IMG/VR virus record: IMGVR_UViG_3300025936_000016
Span: 40,656-104,655 of that record
Length of the DNA: 64,000 nucleotides
DNA from: a virus
Taxonomy: Duplodnaviria; Caudoviricetes
Reading direction: 5' to 3' (one strand)
Under the pieces are notes generated by a model. That model saw only the letters and a list, made by a program, of their open reading frames with translations. It did not search any database and was not told the origin of the DNA. Made by a program: the position numbers and the translations under genes. Shown piece after piece: positions 25,901-33,101 of the stretch. How positions within the stretch are numbered: position 1 is the first letter of the stretch; every line of letters begins with the position of its first letter.

Positions 25901-27235
25901 CCCGAGATGCAGGGCACTGCTGGCTCGATCCTGGCCCCCAGTGCCAACGGCGAGACACCACCGGCTGCACTCCACGGACTGGACCCGTTCCGACTGCACT
26001 ACAAGGCCCAACTAGGGAACTATGACGATATTGGCATCGCCAAGGGCAATGTTCGTTGGGCCCAGAAGGTTGACTTCGACCGTGATGAGCTGCTTGAGAT
26101 CCGCGACAAGTTGCAGTCGCTGAAGCCTGAGTTCACACGGCTGGGCCGGGACGACTGGCACGACGACATGATGGGTCGACTCGATGCCCTGATCACGCGG
26201 GCCCGAGCCCCTCAGTCACCAGCCGTGTACCAGAGCCACAGCGCGTCTGACCGACACCCTCGCGACCAGGCCGGGCGGTGGGCCGAAGAGAGAGGGGCCT
26301 ACAGTCCTCGTCGGTACCTGGAGGACATCAGGGACCTGGGCAAGGTTCGGCAGGCGTTCGTCCCACCACCGCCGCCAGCTCGCCGGTCCAAGCCGGTTCC
26401 AGAGCTGTTCCCCAACGCTGGAGTCAATGGGACTGCGGTTAGCTCCGTGACCCTGAATACCAGTCCACAGACCGCGCCCTACACCATTGCGCATGGAACT
26501 GTATGGAAGCGCAATGGCGCCACCTTCCTCGTCGAGCACGAGGACACACCCGCTGGCCGTAGCTTCGCCCAGTCCGTACAGCGCTCCCTTGAGCGTTACC
26601 ACGGTCAATTGCCCGACCCTCGCTACGCAAGGTCATACACCTGGGCAAACCGCCCCAATCCTGAGGACGCCTACTGGCAGCAGAGGTACAAAATCCCGGA
26701 CTTCAGCTCCGCTGCATCGGCTGATGGCGATGGAAACATGACCCTGTGGAACAGGTCTTACTACAGGGGCGACGAGGTCAGTGAAGTCCTTGACCACGAA
26801 TATGGCCATGGAGTCGATCACCGCAATCCCCTTGGCATCAGCTCCGATTCCCCTCAATGGGCCCAGGCGGCCAAGGCGGACAACAGCACCAGGGGTTCAG
26901 TCCAAGACTTCCGGCCCCGCAACCCGGGTCCAGCCAGGGCCGTCCTGATGCAGCCATCGACGGATCCCAAGGTCGAGTTCCCAGATGGCGTCACTACTTA
27001 CGGTGCATCAAATCGCGAGGAGGACTACGCCGAGTCCATGCGCCTATACATGGCCGGAGTCATCGGCTGGGGCCGGCGGGAGCCAGGCGGGCCCCTGGAG
27101 CCGATCTGGTTCCGGGACCTGTTCCCCACTCGGGCCAGACTCCTGGACCAGGTACTACCACAGTTTGCCTACAGTCAGCAGGGCGAGATCCTAAGGATCC
27201 GGAGCCTGCCACCGGCACAAAGGATGGCAGCCTAG
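13949..27235 (+). CDS. giant polyvalent head-associated protein (ART-like, Lys/Ala linkers, second ART-like, GrpE-like, PI3/4K-HipA-like kinase, HExxH metallopeptidase)
   Basis: Uninterrupted 4428-aa ORF; LYRGVN..FGNGTYMT..GYDAIHV..QYVILNRG; VDFDP..VEVVRTGY; GGGSMG..GNVDRHNDNW..IDNALSF; DHEYGH..EEDYAES. Confidence 0.85.
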   Translation: MVTVDVDGMLDFWSDDIGAGIAPVTMLSSAFSTEFSALGDAVRGQWKPDLHPRDSHGRFRDKWTLSPKARQIVERILAGFDPVELKSDNHAASYLNQHKKPRSKGQEATLDYFLTREGNEDIQSSLRAGLDTKRPSTQGTRVRDLDGMMAPLDNDLILSRVVGPDAFGLPPERIGEVEEWTGKLIDDLGYAPTNIGTPHPIEGPHIEMRILAPRGTKAIVKGDGSRTVVLDREQPLQLDKIQSDGRGGFYILATVMPRSGSGTAPRALGRELAPGEKSPAIEATPDELARRGLTPEGSPLPQSLPPAGTPAPNEQPVQPNIPPAQGPPAETKPVAEVPLGAGKVVGPDTKVAPREKIAGPESKQVMPEDQARLADEQRRIDKRQAALDAREARMARLQELDNQRLRQENEQLRQQVEGTPPAPEAPAPIRADRETQTSLTRTEAQKDADVVRRYQKLRDEPGFPRNSDEERIQQRAEQVMAGKPTPEPTKRAPRKAAPAKAAPVKAAKAAPAAKKAAPVKKAAPAKAAPAKAVPEAAPRPASSEVVDIALRGETPGSTPARGYIQNARRINRNGGTPSEVADELRRGAEELRTGEPLSEGDMPDRLGHDEQDLRDITRSDASTLERMADQVEAAAATPEPAKAVKAAPVKKVAAPRAARPTSITQLRREATQLKVPGRSTMDRDQLEAALEARRKREGESDEAHAARLAELNAPKRPVKKAAPAKAAATKATPAKKVAPIKAASAAEPGSLVDELNNDPNVDLGRAPGNKLDDAGETIRRYAGEGSDTPESLRERADLLERSADIDRRLAGIINDPGEVQDGASRKDAAAAAFRRRADRLEAGAPPAKKVAPAAKATPEKAMTKEEADAEAYRRQRERVAEIRRETRARDEERKKNRTPEQVQRDEAETARIQELAKRTGARVERENAEADAAIRDITTPWKNMARVEDKDLSDFDRVGIDLVADQLRHKRISKAEAARRLSRPDEPDDSPMNRIAKAITAPRSITLAQKKARARKWGQKHGYEGRAGGWIHDSKGKPVAHGWDALYNQHTDAIEKDTAPSVRATPAKKATGPTFKERVAAARKEGPPPPETPGQEAARERRHQQALRRIENRKKAESADVQAHNEARRIITSDGQVNSSNLRQALVDAHGEAARSRVLESLDTNLNRQRKGTRFYGEKLPATEWRKIARDLGVKGMARSDSPTIKAAILKNFADVDEARKADIQARNASVKDRSRDVIEAQAILDSAKKDPHYHKRGGWGRNSFDTDRGGDLLGEKIAEAQGFDQLPEVVSREEFEQRRGKDIGLVLYRGVNTTGRAEPGMGGEFKGKPASEVHDEFREGRYHMGIGSFGNGTYMTRNSQHAKGYSDLTEGAVARYGLSKDAKIVELPDLIDEHNKYMEGLPETSRLRRVFGDDIGRYAMSRGYDAIHVPRGSQAIGVGPEGAKDQYVILNRGKVIAEAPGAVGTVAEARKAVRAKKAVPRAAGRTGDGDRVDFEGMTPPQKALSKRAAKGIAARVAAKQEPEAPPAKAVKAVPKAMPAAKKAAAPKFLRPLADGTPRKSATNLEVGDIASNSYRRDRPPMRVTKLERNGNNISVTFEDGSVDRAGVNWAYWIGPRGGAKKAAPGPGPAPLPPGQGRAVTKALPIQASTPGENPAVRPGGKIALGRLRQGDTVLVHKNDDGTYRPASRKTGAIPVKVDRVEQVAATGGFRRTTNRMAVIGTDPDGNEITVGYSPASRRGEGFPGHQTFMYVPKSEPVKAAKKAAPAKAVKAAPAKVAKAAVPAAAPEGIPEQLPTSVTALRKLAKDNGIPGHNELGPDSLRDALRAKRENPNVIPVSAELFPPEIRDKITPAGLREIGKSQGVDLEGKTTDELLTDLVRKSMLKGADEKVARATRQEARKAAAAKKLSEKNDKYGPDGPSHLDLDKVTEGMDIDASHRAVLDDAQARLNSGDSPAQVAKELRDRAQGLETHNAYVNGGWGHDVHRAMDPLTPEERAKAKADDKAKYNAEKARAKQLRDVADRLEKTRRPVARKAAPPKATPAKKAATPTPTARVGKASVGPEHQRSLREAVKKAAPSSRRVSERPYNARDRNRLTGAGDEAAQERIRQRANELYDGSRTVAAAWRQALDEHEAANPLPGKKAVPAVKKLPTTKVSFTRGTRVRDENGTIGRVTSLSDDGKHVNVRWDNGVLQSHRGIDSVKVVPPETVRKAPTKAEINGLGNEDEVEALLKERNPTVAELRKLATEVGPHVSTKGTKAQLMKNIASGSEPGMKNRPARLFAEPKVPAKKAVPKATRPMRVGDMVPEGETIPEPKGRQVSFRSVQGGDIATWDDRGTLRRGRVVDDGPRRRYVDWEGGRRERLNSAARTGVTFHKAEAAPTKAAPAKKIAAKKAAPAAGVQEKLRQDEAERLRAEIKKASALGSRGAVKRRKLQDRLQGVENAGHAEDVAPEEMTPDGKQAWADSYRQSIRDGFGDEVARRKADTDAFKAAMADRAGAPAAKVAPSPRRGEVHSLASDLGMDERDAKRIDHLQETTILKGKDIGRPLTRGEMADQIDDMITNPLTGLEEQRKDFIKKHDLDNATEAQARIDRWRQLEGRVRAAASARAVKKAMPAKKAAPGGPGDLAPEELIAIRDLSAKGHFTDTGWVRSTDLKPEQRKHLDGLAEKGYAEKRTTAEGDFFRIDKRGFKARQPTVEGQALEGDVIPAKLEAEHRLPLHKINRGAVIQAYRDPNDPSKITNVPETGVDPSRVVRVQVQRIDRLGEDKQPVKGAQLPWHARIVGHDLDTGRRVDSDVNSIGSHWNWELNPDTDTSPDIEGEVVQPKKAVTAAKKAVPKAAPAAKKTAPAKKAAPRGSTELSDQARIYAQERHDSNVRIQHAVTQTKKPAGSNLGLKPFQNLTNDDIDRLSGPEKQSMTDALVRERDAAPTLAGKREALDQLDRLHGGRWEPPEEATPEAPKATMPERRPELPRAIDTSAKRRLYVQDQEKLTREQFDALPQEQRDQIVSNLHEIGAMDDVPRAFRDSMGSLVRGATRSPHNDAAKRLERRFTEPYTPKPTRPAKAASTQEALDRIKAIPADSSNPAEEIDRALSGMTNREIGKVAAEGGWYERGGYDVRGETRASLIERIRENTHPNTPTEKVTPAPEAPAATKAVPKATPRMPRDTEAKAVTRTQQIRDLKDRDAAEKMLVDKEVGLDELRLIAQDNGVDPVQPKDQLRRAIVEALIPDEGGSPAKKAAAKASVAAAKSVPSKTPPAGTRGTGGGGAKYSTKPLLDNNWGGGGGPIHYHDHGPIGLAVQRMGNDKTLDIDGEPLANRVGILATDGVTGRKTTQEVIEGLREIRDKTPAGSKAREQLDHAIKEIDFPPRTGSLPDDALPPVRELMRNIEKVPLARGQKDRYGNDRFNEMDYLTDLAEKFDRGDISGLDLIGKIRDLTRDRHESEGAEGKFEMDRYARKAADDLEKMYRDPNTRKQLARRSPDQASTGRVPEVDTSARTPTGVDRALQRLEARNRNRRIERTQAAISLAQELRDINDTDRSGFLEAVRQRVEGNPGDVNNERDMLGQGHQDLVEALGDWTKLDTKAKVEARLKKYFEDRGITEERKVGDQVDFDPDTMDTFPGVDIAPGDKVEVVRTGYRYRDKDTGQEILLTKPIVVREGQGRESGPLADVTPEVAAPEGPRPVPKGMRRSTGPLGEVDIPRAKSEGNIRIPDEGRDFVNDIQQGVRRSPDNILDRADHLSAEDLRKVAGYLGIDTTSKDRKVTLRNKVVREIGRRMGFEHRETSPKREELELLSTAQLKERLPKGVKAPTGASRAELVDMVMGDEPSSPRHASLTPAQEEIKHAFDEGMTDVKSLGGGSMGRVTLTEGKDGRKYVRKRVRRDWFIGAEEQADSETLWSRAAREIGIGAPAVYSPSQRTVVMDHVPWKLASKHSQEEVDAAVATPEGRRLHILDLITGNVDRHNDNWMIDDQGRPVPIDNALSFRPEMQGTAGSILAPSANGETPPAALHGLDPFRLHYKAQLGNYDDIGIAKGNVRWAQKVDFDRDELLEIRDKLQSLKPEFTRLGRDDWHDDMMGRLDALITRARAPQSPAVYQSHSASDRHPRDQAGRWAEERGAYSPRRYLEDIRDLGKVRQAFVPPPPPARRSKPVPELFPNAGVNGTAVSSVTLNTSPQTAPYTIAHGTVWKRNGATFLVEHEDTPAGRSFAQSVQRSLERYHGQLPDPRYARSYTWANRPNPEDAYWQQRYKIPDFSSAASADGDGNMTLWNRSYYRGDEVSEVLDHEYGHGVDHRNPLGISSDSPQWAQAAKADNSTRGSVQDFRPRNPGPARAVLMQPSTDPKVEFPDGVTTYGASNREEDYAESMRLYMAGVIGWGRREPGGPLEPIWFRDLFPTRARLLDQVLPQFAYSQQGEILRIRSLPPAQRMAA

Positions 27236-27438
27236 CCCTCAGACTTCTGGAGATAGTGCCGTTCCGTGCGGCCATCCTTAAGGACCCGATGGATCTCGGC
27301 CGCAACGGCGCGGTCGGGGTCCGTCGTAGGGTTCCCAGAGGAATCGACCATGACGATGGACTCGCTCTTGACACCTTCGGGAAGATCACTGGATTCTGTA
27401 GCCATACCTCATAGTATGAGGGAGGGGGTGCAACTGAG

Positions 27439-27657
27439 ATGGCACAGACGTTGGAGCTTGTAGACCTGACCGGGGAGCAGCCCGAGCCCACCGGAGCCAC
27501 GGCCACACTCGATGACACTGGCCGGGTGACCTATGAAGGCGATGGAGTCAAGGCCATCATTGGCAAGTTCCTCGTCGGGCATAGCCCCACTGACGTGTTC
27601 GAAAAGATGGCCGACTGGTCCAATGGGTATGTGATGCTTCGTACGAGGGAGGCCTAG
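27439..27657 (+). CDS. hypothetical protein
   Basis: GGAGG RBS; WSNGYV motif. Confidence 0.7.
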   Translation: MAQTLELVDLTGEQPEPTGATATLDDTGRVTYEGDGVKAIIGKFLVGHSPTDVFEKMADWSNGYVMLRTREA

Positions 27658-27659
27658 AA

Positions 27660-27812
27660 ATGGGATGTAACTGCGGCAAGAGTAGTGGCGAACCGGCTGA
27701 GACCTACGTGGTCCGAAAGGCCAATGGCCAGACCGAGGAGTTCAGCTCCAAGATTGCGGCTGATATCGCCGCCACTAAGCACGCCGGAAAGATTGAAGTA
27801 AAGCGCAAGTAG
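27660..27812 (+). CDS. small MGCNCG-motif protein
   Basis: Manual translation MGCNCGKSSGEPAETYVVRK...KIEVKRK; GGAGG RBS. Confidence 0.65.
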   Translation: MGCNCGKSSGEPAETYVVRKANGQTEEFSSKIAADIAATKHAGKIEVKRK

Positions 27813-27928
27813 AAGCAACGTCCTGCTTGCACCTTTTGTTTTCCTTGATCTATACTGCGCACATCCATGGCGAGGCCTGAGGGGCGCATGGAGGGTAGAA
27901 CACGTACTCTTCGAGAGGCCCTTAGGTC

Positions 27929-29623
27929 ATGGATTTCGAGATTCCGGACGCGAATTCGCTTCCCCGTTTTACCGTCTCTGCTCTGCGGGACCTCGGACTT
28001 GAGGCTGCCGCTGCCTACGACTCCCTGCGCGAGACGCTGACTCCCGAAACGGCCACCGACGAAGACCTGGACACACTGGACGACCTGAAGTCGTTCATGA
28101 TCCTGGTCGATGACGAACTGTCGACCCGCAAGAACCGCCTGGACCGCTTCAACGCCCTCACCATGAAGGAAGAGGACGCTGGAGACGACGAAGAGGCCGA
28201 AGGCGAGATGGCGGACGCCGAAGAGGCTGCTCCCCCGGTCGCAAAGGTCAAGAAGGGCGCCAAGGGCTCGGACACGACCTACTCGGTCGACACCGGCTCG
28301 AAGATCCCATCCGTGGTCGACATCGCCGAGTCCACGCCTCAGCGCGTGATCGAAGGCGAGATCGTCACGGGCGAGGAGAACCGGCCCCAGTTCAAGATCC
28401 TCGCCGCAGCAGACACCGGCTTCTCGGCCGGCGCCGAGCTGGACGGCTGGCTCGACGTCGCCAAGGCCTTCGTGGCCCGGTCCCGCACCCACGGCGGTGG
28501 CACCGCCCAGCAGAGCACGGTTGCCACGATCCGTCGTGAGTTCGGCAACGACTTCAGCGTCAGCGACGGCGACGATGACGTGACCATCATGAACAAGATC
28601 GACTTCGCTCGGGACGAGCGTCGTCTTCCTGGTGGATCGCTGCTGGCCGGTGTCGGTTGGTGTGCCCCCTCCGAGACCATCTACACCACCTGCAACCAGA
28701 TCACGACGGACGGCCTCCTGTCCGTGCCTGAGATCGGCGCCCGGCGCGGTGGCATCCGGCACAACCAGGGCATCCAGTTCGACACCATCTTCGGCAGCGG
28801 CACCGGCTTCAACATCCTCACTGAGGCCCAGGTCATCTCCGACACCACCAAGACCTGTGTGGCCATCCCCTGTCCGTCCTTCGTGGACGACCGGCTGAAG
28901 GTCGCGGCCCTGTGTCTGACCGGTGACATCCTGCAGAACCGTGGCTACCCGGAGTTCGTCTCCGAGTTCGTTCAGGGGGCCATCGCCGCCCAGGCCCACA
29001 ACGTCAACCGTCAGATCATCGCCGACATCGTCAGCGACTCGGTCTCCACGACCCTGAGCTGTGCCCCATGGGCCTCGGACACCTCCGTCGTGTCCCAGGT
29101 TATGTCGGCAGTCGAGGTCGCCTCGGTTGACATCCAGTACCGGCTGCGTCTGCAGCAGAGCCAGACCATCGAGTTCGTCTTCCCCTACTGGCTGAAGGCT
29201 CAGCTGCGGGCAGACTGGATCCGGCGCAACGGCCCCATGGACGCCGACCTGGCCGACAGCGCCATCGAGGCCATGCTGCGGACCCGTAACGCTCGGGCCC
29301 AGTGGGTCTACGACTGGCAGGACTCCTTCACCTCGTTCGGCGTCTCCGGTGGTCCATTCCCCGGCTCGGACGTTCCGATCTGTGCCCTGCCCACCAACCT
29401 GCTGTTCCTGGCCTACCCGGCCGGCACCTGGGTGGTCGCCCGCCAGGACGTCATCCGGCTCGACACCATCTACGACAGCGTCAACATCACCACCAACAAG
29501 GTGACTCAGCTGTTCCTGGAAGACGGCTTCCGAGCTATGAGGTTCTGCCCTGTCTCCAGGGTCTACAGCATCGCCATCTGCCCGAACGGTAAGACCGGCC
29601 TCCAGCGAGACGTGACCTGCTAA
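27929..29623 (+). CDS. major capsid protein (hexamer type) with N-terminal scaffold-like region
   Basis: Acidic helical N-terminus, GWCAPSETIY, PEIGARRGGIR, DILQNRGYPE, YPAGTWV, LDTIYDS; strong codon bias. Confidence 0.88.
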   Translation: MDFEIPDANSLPRFTVSALRDLGLEAAAAYDSLRETLTPETATDEDLDTLDDLKSFMILVDDELSTRKNRLDRFNALTMKEEDAGDDEEAEGEMADAEEAAPPVAKVKKGAKGSDTTYSVDTGSKIPSVVDIAESTPQRVIEGEIVTGEENRPQFKILAAADTGFSAGAELDGWLDVAKAFVARSRTHGGGTAQQSTVATIRREFGNDFSVSDGDDDVTIMNKIDFARDERRLPGGSLLAGVGWCAPSETIYTTCNQITTDGLLSVPEIGARRGGIRHNQGIQFDTIFGSGTGFNILTEAQVISDTTKTCVAIPCPSFVDDRLKVAALCLTGDILQNRGYPEFVSEFVQGAIAAQAHNVNRQIIADIVSDSVSTTLSCAPWASDTSVVSQVMSAVEVASVDIQYRLRLQQSQTIEFVFPYWLKAQLRADWIRRNGPMDADLADSAIEAMLRTRNARAQWVYDWQDSFTSFGVSGGPFPGSDVPICALPTNLLFLAYPAGTWVVARQDVIRLDTIYDSVNITTNKVTQLFLEDGFRAMRFCPVSRVYSIAICPNGKTGLQRDVTC

Positions 29624-29633
29624 ACGGCGTGAT

Positions 29634-29659
29634 GGGGCTGGGCCAACCGGTCCAGCCCC
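29634..29659 (+). terminator. hairpin after the capsid gene
   Basis: GGGGCTGGGCC-AACC-GGTCCAGCCCC. Confidence 0.55.
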
Positions 29660-29686
29660 CTTCGCCTGACAGGAGGTGATGGGTCT

Positions 29687-30538
29687 ATGGCGAGCATCAC
29701 GGGTCCGGTCTATGTCCCGGCGCCCAATCCGATCGTGCCCAGGTACGGTCTCTTCCAGGTGGCCACTGGCCCCCTGGACCTACCCATCAATGCCCGCATC
29801 GGTGGCCTCCAGTACGAGATCTCGACGTGCAACCTGCCTCTCGGCTACGAGGTCGAGTGCCAGGTTGACCACAACAGCAAGGTCCTGACTAACGGCATCA
29901 ACACCATTGTCGGCAACCCGTTCATCGTCTACTCGGCTGTTCAGTGCGACACCGTTGGCCTCGTCAACTGGGGCCCCGACCGGGTCAAGAAGTTCCTCTA
30001 CGACCAGCTGGTCGCTGGCGAACAGGCCACTGTCGAGAGCATCTTCTCGAACCAGTCCCAGGGCGAATCGCCCGGACTCGGGGGCAACCCGGCCGTCGTA
30101 AACCTGGGCAATGCTGCTGGTCCCGTGCGTGCGGTCGGAATGCTGGAGTCCTGGCTCTACGCCAGGTATGGACTTCCCGGCGTGATCCACGCCCCGATGC
30201 TGGCAGCTCCGTACTTCTCTGGCAGCCATGCCGTTGAGAAGGACCGGAGTGCGGTTGGGATCTGGCGCACGGACGTAGGAACAGCCATCTCCTTCGGGAA
30301 CTACGCCGGCACCGGGCCAACGGGACAGGTGCCAGCTACTGGGGACACCTGGGTCTACATCACTGGGCAGGTAGCTATTTGGCGTACCCCGGACTCTGAC
30401 CTCTTTGTCCCGGACATGGGTCAGGTCATCAACCGGACCACCAACGTCATCACCACAGTCATGGAGCGTGAGTACGTCATCACCTTTGACTGTTACGTAG
30501 CTGCTGTCCAAGTAACTCTGAGTACGACGGATCGCTAA
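29687..30538 (+). CDS. second capsid protein (putative pentamer/minor capsid)
   Basis: RYGLF, PFIVYSAVQC, GVIHAP, WVYITGQVAIWR, EREYVITFDC; directly follows the MCP. Confidence 0.65.
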   Translation: MASITGPVYVPAPNPIVPRYGLFQVATGPLDLPINARIGGLQYEISTCNLPLGYEVECQVDHNSKVLTNGINTIVGNPFIVYSAVQCDTVGLVNWGPDRVKKFLYDQLVAGEQATVESIFSNQSQGESPGLGGNPAVVNLGNAAGPVRAVGMLESWLYARYGLPGVIHAPMLAAPYFSGSHAVEKDRSAVGIWRTDVGTAISFGNYAGTGPTGQVPATGDTWVYITGQVAIWRTPDSDLFVPDMGQVINRTTNVITTVMEREYVITFDCYVAAVQVTLSTTDR

Positions 30539-30915
30539 TGCCTCTGATGCGGGACTGGACCGAGATCACCGTTGAGGAAGGGCTCCTTCCTCAGGTGGTC
30601 GGAGAACTGCTTGCCCTAGCAGAGAGTCCCAATCACGTCGAGGTCACTTACGGCGTGACCGGCCGCGTAATCCTGGCCGAATCAAGCTTGGCCGAACGCT
30701 GGTTCCAGGAAGTGAACAAGACGCCAGAAGAGCATCCAGATACCACTGTCCAAGGGCATGGTTACGAAGTAGTTGCTAATGAAGAATTTGACGCAGCAGA
30801 TACTGCTAGCGGAGCTTCTGAGCTAGCAACACTCCCCGTCAAACGGGGGCCTGGGCGACCCAGGAAGACGATTCCAGTCCCACCCTCCGCTTCTGATGGC
30901 GAGGAGAAGTCATGA
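30538..30915 (+). CDS. hypothetical protein with AT-hook-like KRGPGRPRK
   Basis: Coupled ORF (TAATG). Confidence 0.65.
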   Translation: MPLMRDWTEITVEEGLLPQVVGELLALAESPNHVEVTYGVTGRVILAESSLAERWFQEVNKTPEEHPDTTVQGHGYEVVANEEFDAADTASGASELATLPVKRGPGRPRKTIPVPPSASDGEEKS

Positions 30916-31607
30916 CGGCCGTTTGTTTTACCCCCTTCAAGATCCCTCGGGTCCGGATCACCAAGCTCAACTCCTGTGGCCAGGTCGTCACTGGCTCCTG
31001 CTCGCAGGTCGTGAGCGACGGCATCATCTCGGTCGAAATGACCAAGAACTACGAGGACCGGGAAGAGTTCTTCGTCAAGAACGGTGACGGCACCTTCTGT
31101 GTCCGCGAGACCACGCCCCCGATCCTGAAGTGGATCGACCTGGTCATCACCTTCTGCAACGTCGACCCGGACATAGTCAATCTCGCTGCTAACCAAGTCT
31201 TGTACACATCAAATGATGCTGCAGCAACAAAGATTGGTTGGTCCACGGACGAGAATGCAGCAGCTGGCGTCAACTTTGCCCTGGAGGGCTGGACCAGGCT
31301 ATCGGGGACAGGAGCCCTGTGTACTGGTGGCACGGAGTACGGCTACGTCCTGTTCCCCTGGGTCGTTGAGGGCACCATTGGTGACATGACCCTGGAGAAC
31401 GGTGTCGCCAACTTCGTCATCAACGCCAGGACGCATGGCAACTCGCTCTGGGGCGTTGGTCCCTACAACGTTGACCTCTCTGACAACTCAGGAACGCTCA
31501 ACAACCCGATCCCCATGTTGACCCCGATCCTCAGCACCCAGCACCACCGCATGTTCATCACGCGGCTAGCGCCTCCAGCTGCCGCCTGTGGTTGTGCCGC
31601 CGTGTAA
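30912..31607 (+). CDS. major tail protein
   Basis: RVRITKLNSCG, FCNVDPD, FALEGW, YGYVLFPWV, WGVGPYNV. Confidence 0.8.
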   Translation: MTAVCFTPFKIPRVRITKLNSCGQVVTGSCSQVVSDGIISVEMTKNYEDREEFFVKNGDGTFCVRETTPPILKWIDLVITFCNVDPDIVNLAANQVLYTSNDAAATKIGWSTDENAAAGVNFALEGWTRLSGTGALCTGGTEYGYVLFPWVVEGTIGDMTLENGVANFVINARTHGNSLWGVGPYNVDLSDNSGTLNNPIPMLTPILSTQHHRMFITRLAPPAAACGCAAV

Positions 31608-31741
31608 GAGGAGGCTGGGAACAATGGAGGGATAGTGAACGATGGGTGAGGGATGATGGATGGGGACTGACTAATTGACCTAGCAATTACTGCTACGTCA
31701 AATATCCCACTAGCAGCTACCACGAAAGGGGGTCTGACGCG

Positions 31742-32542
31742 ATGGTCATTCAGTCAGGCCCCTGCTCGTGGGACGAGGTGGACCCGTTCTGCTGTGCCGA
31801 CTGGGACACCTTCGACCCTGAGCTTCAGGCCCAGGCCCTTGATTACGCAAAGACCATCGTCTGGGCTGCTACTGGGCGCCAGTTTGGTCTTTGCTCACTC
31901 ACCGTTCGTCCCTGCGGGCGTCAGTGCAGCACCTGTCCCTCCGGCTGGTACTACGACGGCTCCGGCACCTGGGTGCCATACATCTGGAACGGCGACTGGC
32001 ACAACTGCTGGTGTGGCTCGGACCCTGGCTGTTGCACCTGTGACCCGCAGTGCCAGGTCTACCTCCCAGGGCCGGTTTCCAGCATCACCTCGGTTCGGGT
32101 GAATGGCGCATCCCTATCAGTGACCGGGGGCGAGTTCTTCGTCCTAGACCAACAGTGGCTGGTCCGGGTCAACACCGATGAGTGCTGGCCCCTGTGTGCC
32201 GACCAGAACCTGGCCCCGGGTGATGTCGACGCCTTCGAGGTCACATACCTACGTGGCAAGCCGGTGCCCACCGCCCTGGCTCAAGCCACGGCATCCCTTG
32301 CCTGTGAATACGCCAAGGCCTGTCTTGGGCTCGCGTGCCGGCTGCCCAGTCGCATTACGTCCATCTCCCGCCAGGGTGTCACTATCTCCATGGTCGAGAT
32401 CACTGACATCCTCAAGAATGGACTGACCGGGCTCTGGGAGCTGGATCAGCTGATCATGGCCTTTAACCCATACGGCCTCAAGGGTCGCACCAGGTTCTAT
32501 TCACCAGATGTCCGCGAACCCCGACAGGTGACGTGGCCATAA
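31742..32542 (+). CDS. head-to-tail adaptor (Cys-rich)
   Basis: WAATGRQFGLC, CRLPSRITSISRQGVT, GLTGLWELD. Confidence 0.75.
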   Translation: MVIQSGPCSWDEVDPFCCADWDTFDPELQAQALDYAKTIVWAATGRQFGLCSLTVRPCGRQCSTCPSGWYYDGSGTWVPYIWNGDWHNCWCGSDPGCCTCDPQCQVYLPGPVSSITSVRVNGASLSVTGGEFFVLDQQWLVRVNTDECWPLCADQNLAPGDVDAFEVTYLRGKPVPTALAQATASLACEYAKACLGLACRLPSRITSISRQGVTISMVEITDILKNGLTGLWELDQLIMAFNPYGLKGRTRFYSPDVREPRQVTWP

Positions 32543-32552
32543 AGGAGGCGCT

Positions 32553-33101
32553 GTGACTGGACCAGAACCCATCCAGCGGCTCGTGGAGATCGTCAATACC
32601 CTCCTGGCCTGTGTCTGTGAAGCGGCTGCACTACGTCCCAATCCACCGTTGCACTGCTGCTTGCGCGTAGGGCAAGAAGTCGCTCATGACGCGGACATGT
32701 TCAACGACCTATGCTGTGAGGGTCTTGGTTACGTGGCCCTGGGTGACATCTTCCCGGTGGTGGACAGCTTCCCGGAGCAGTCCATCGTCACCCAGGCCAA
32801 CCAGGTTTGCTCCTTCCCGTCCTGGGCCGTGAACCTCAAGGCCGGCCTCGTGCGATGCGCCCCAGTGGGCACGGACAACACCATGCCCACCTGTGCCGAC
32901 TGGGACGCAGCTGCGCTCCAGGGCATTTACGACGCCCAGTCCCTGTCCTCAGCTGTGTGCTGCTTCAAGCAGGCCTGGCTGGTCCTGGAGCCTGGGCTCA
33001 GTGTGGTCATCGGGCCCAACACCACATCCACGCCCCAGGGCGGATGCGTGGAACGCAGCATCACCATCCAGGTCCAAACGACGGTGTGCCCGAGCTGCTA
33101 A
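32553..33101 (+). CDS. tail terminator/connector-like protein
   Basis: Position; GLVRCAP, PQGGCV. Confidence 0.55.
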   Translation: MTGPEPIQRLVEIVNTLLACVCEAAALRPNPPLHCCLRVGQEVAHDADMFNDLCCEGLGYVALGDIFPVVDSFPEQSIVTQANQVCSFPSWAVNLKAGLVRCAPVGTDNTMPTCADWDAAALQGIYDAQSLSSAVCCFKQAWLVLEPGLSVVIGPNTTSTPQGGCVERSITIQVQTTVCPSC

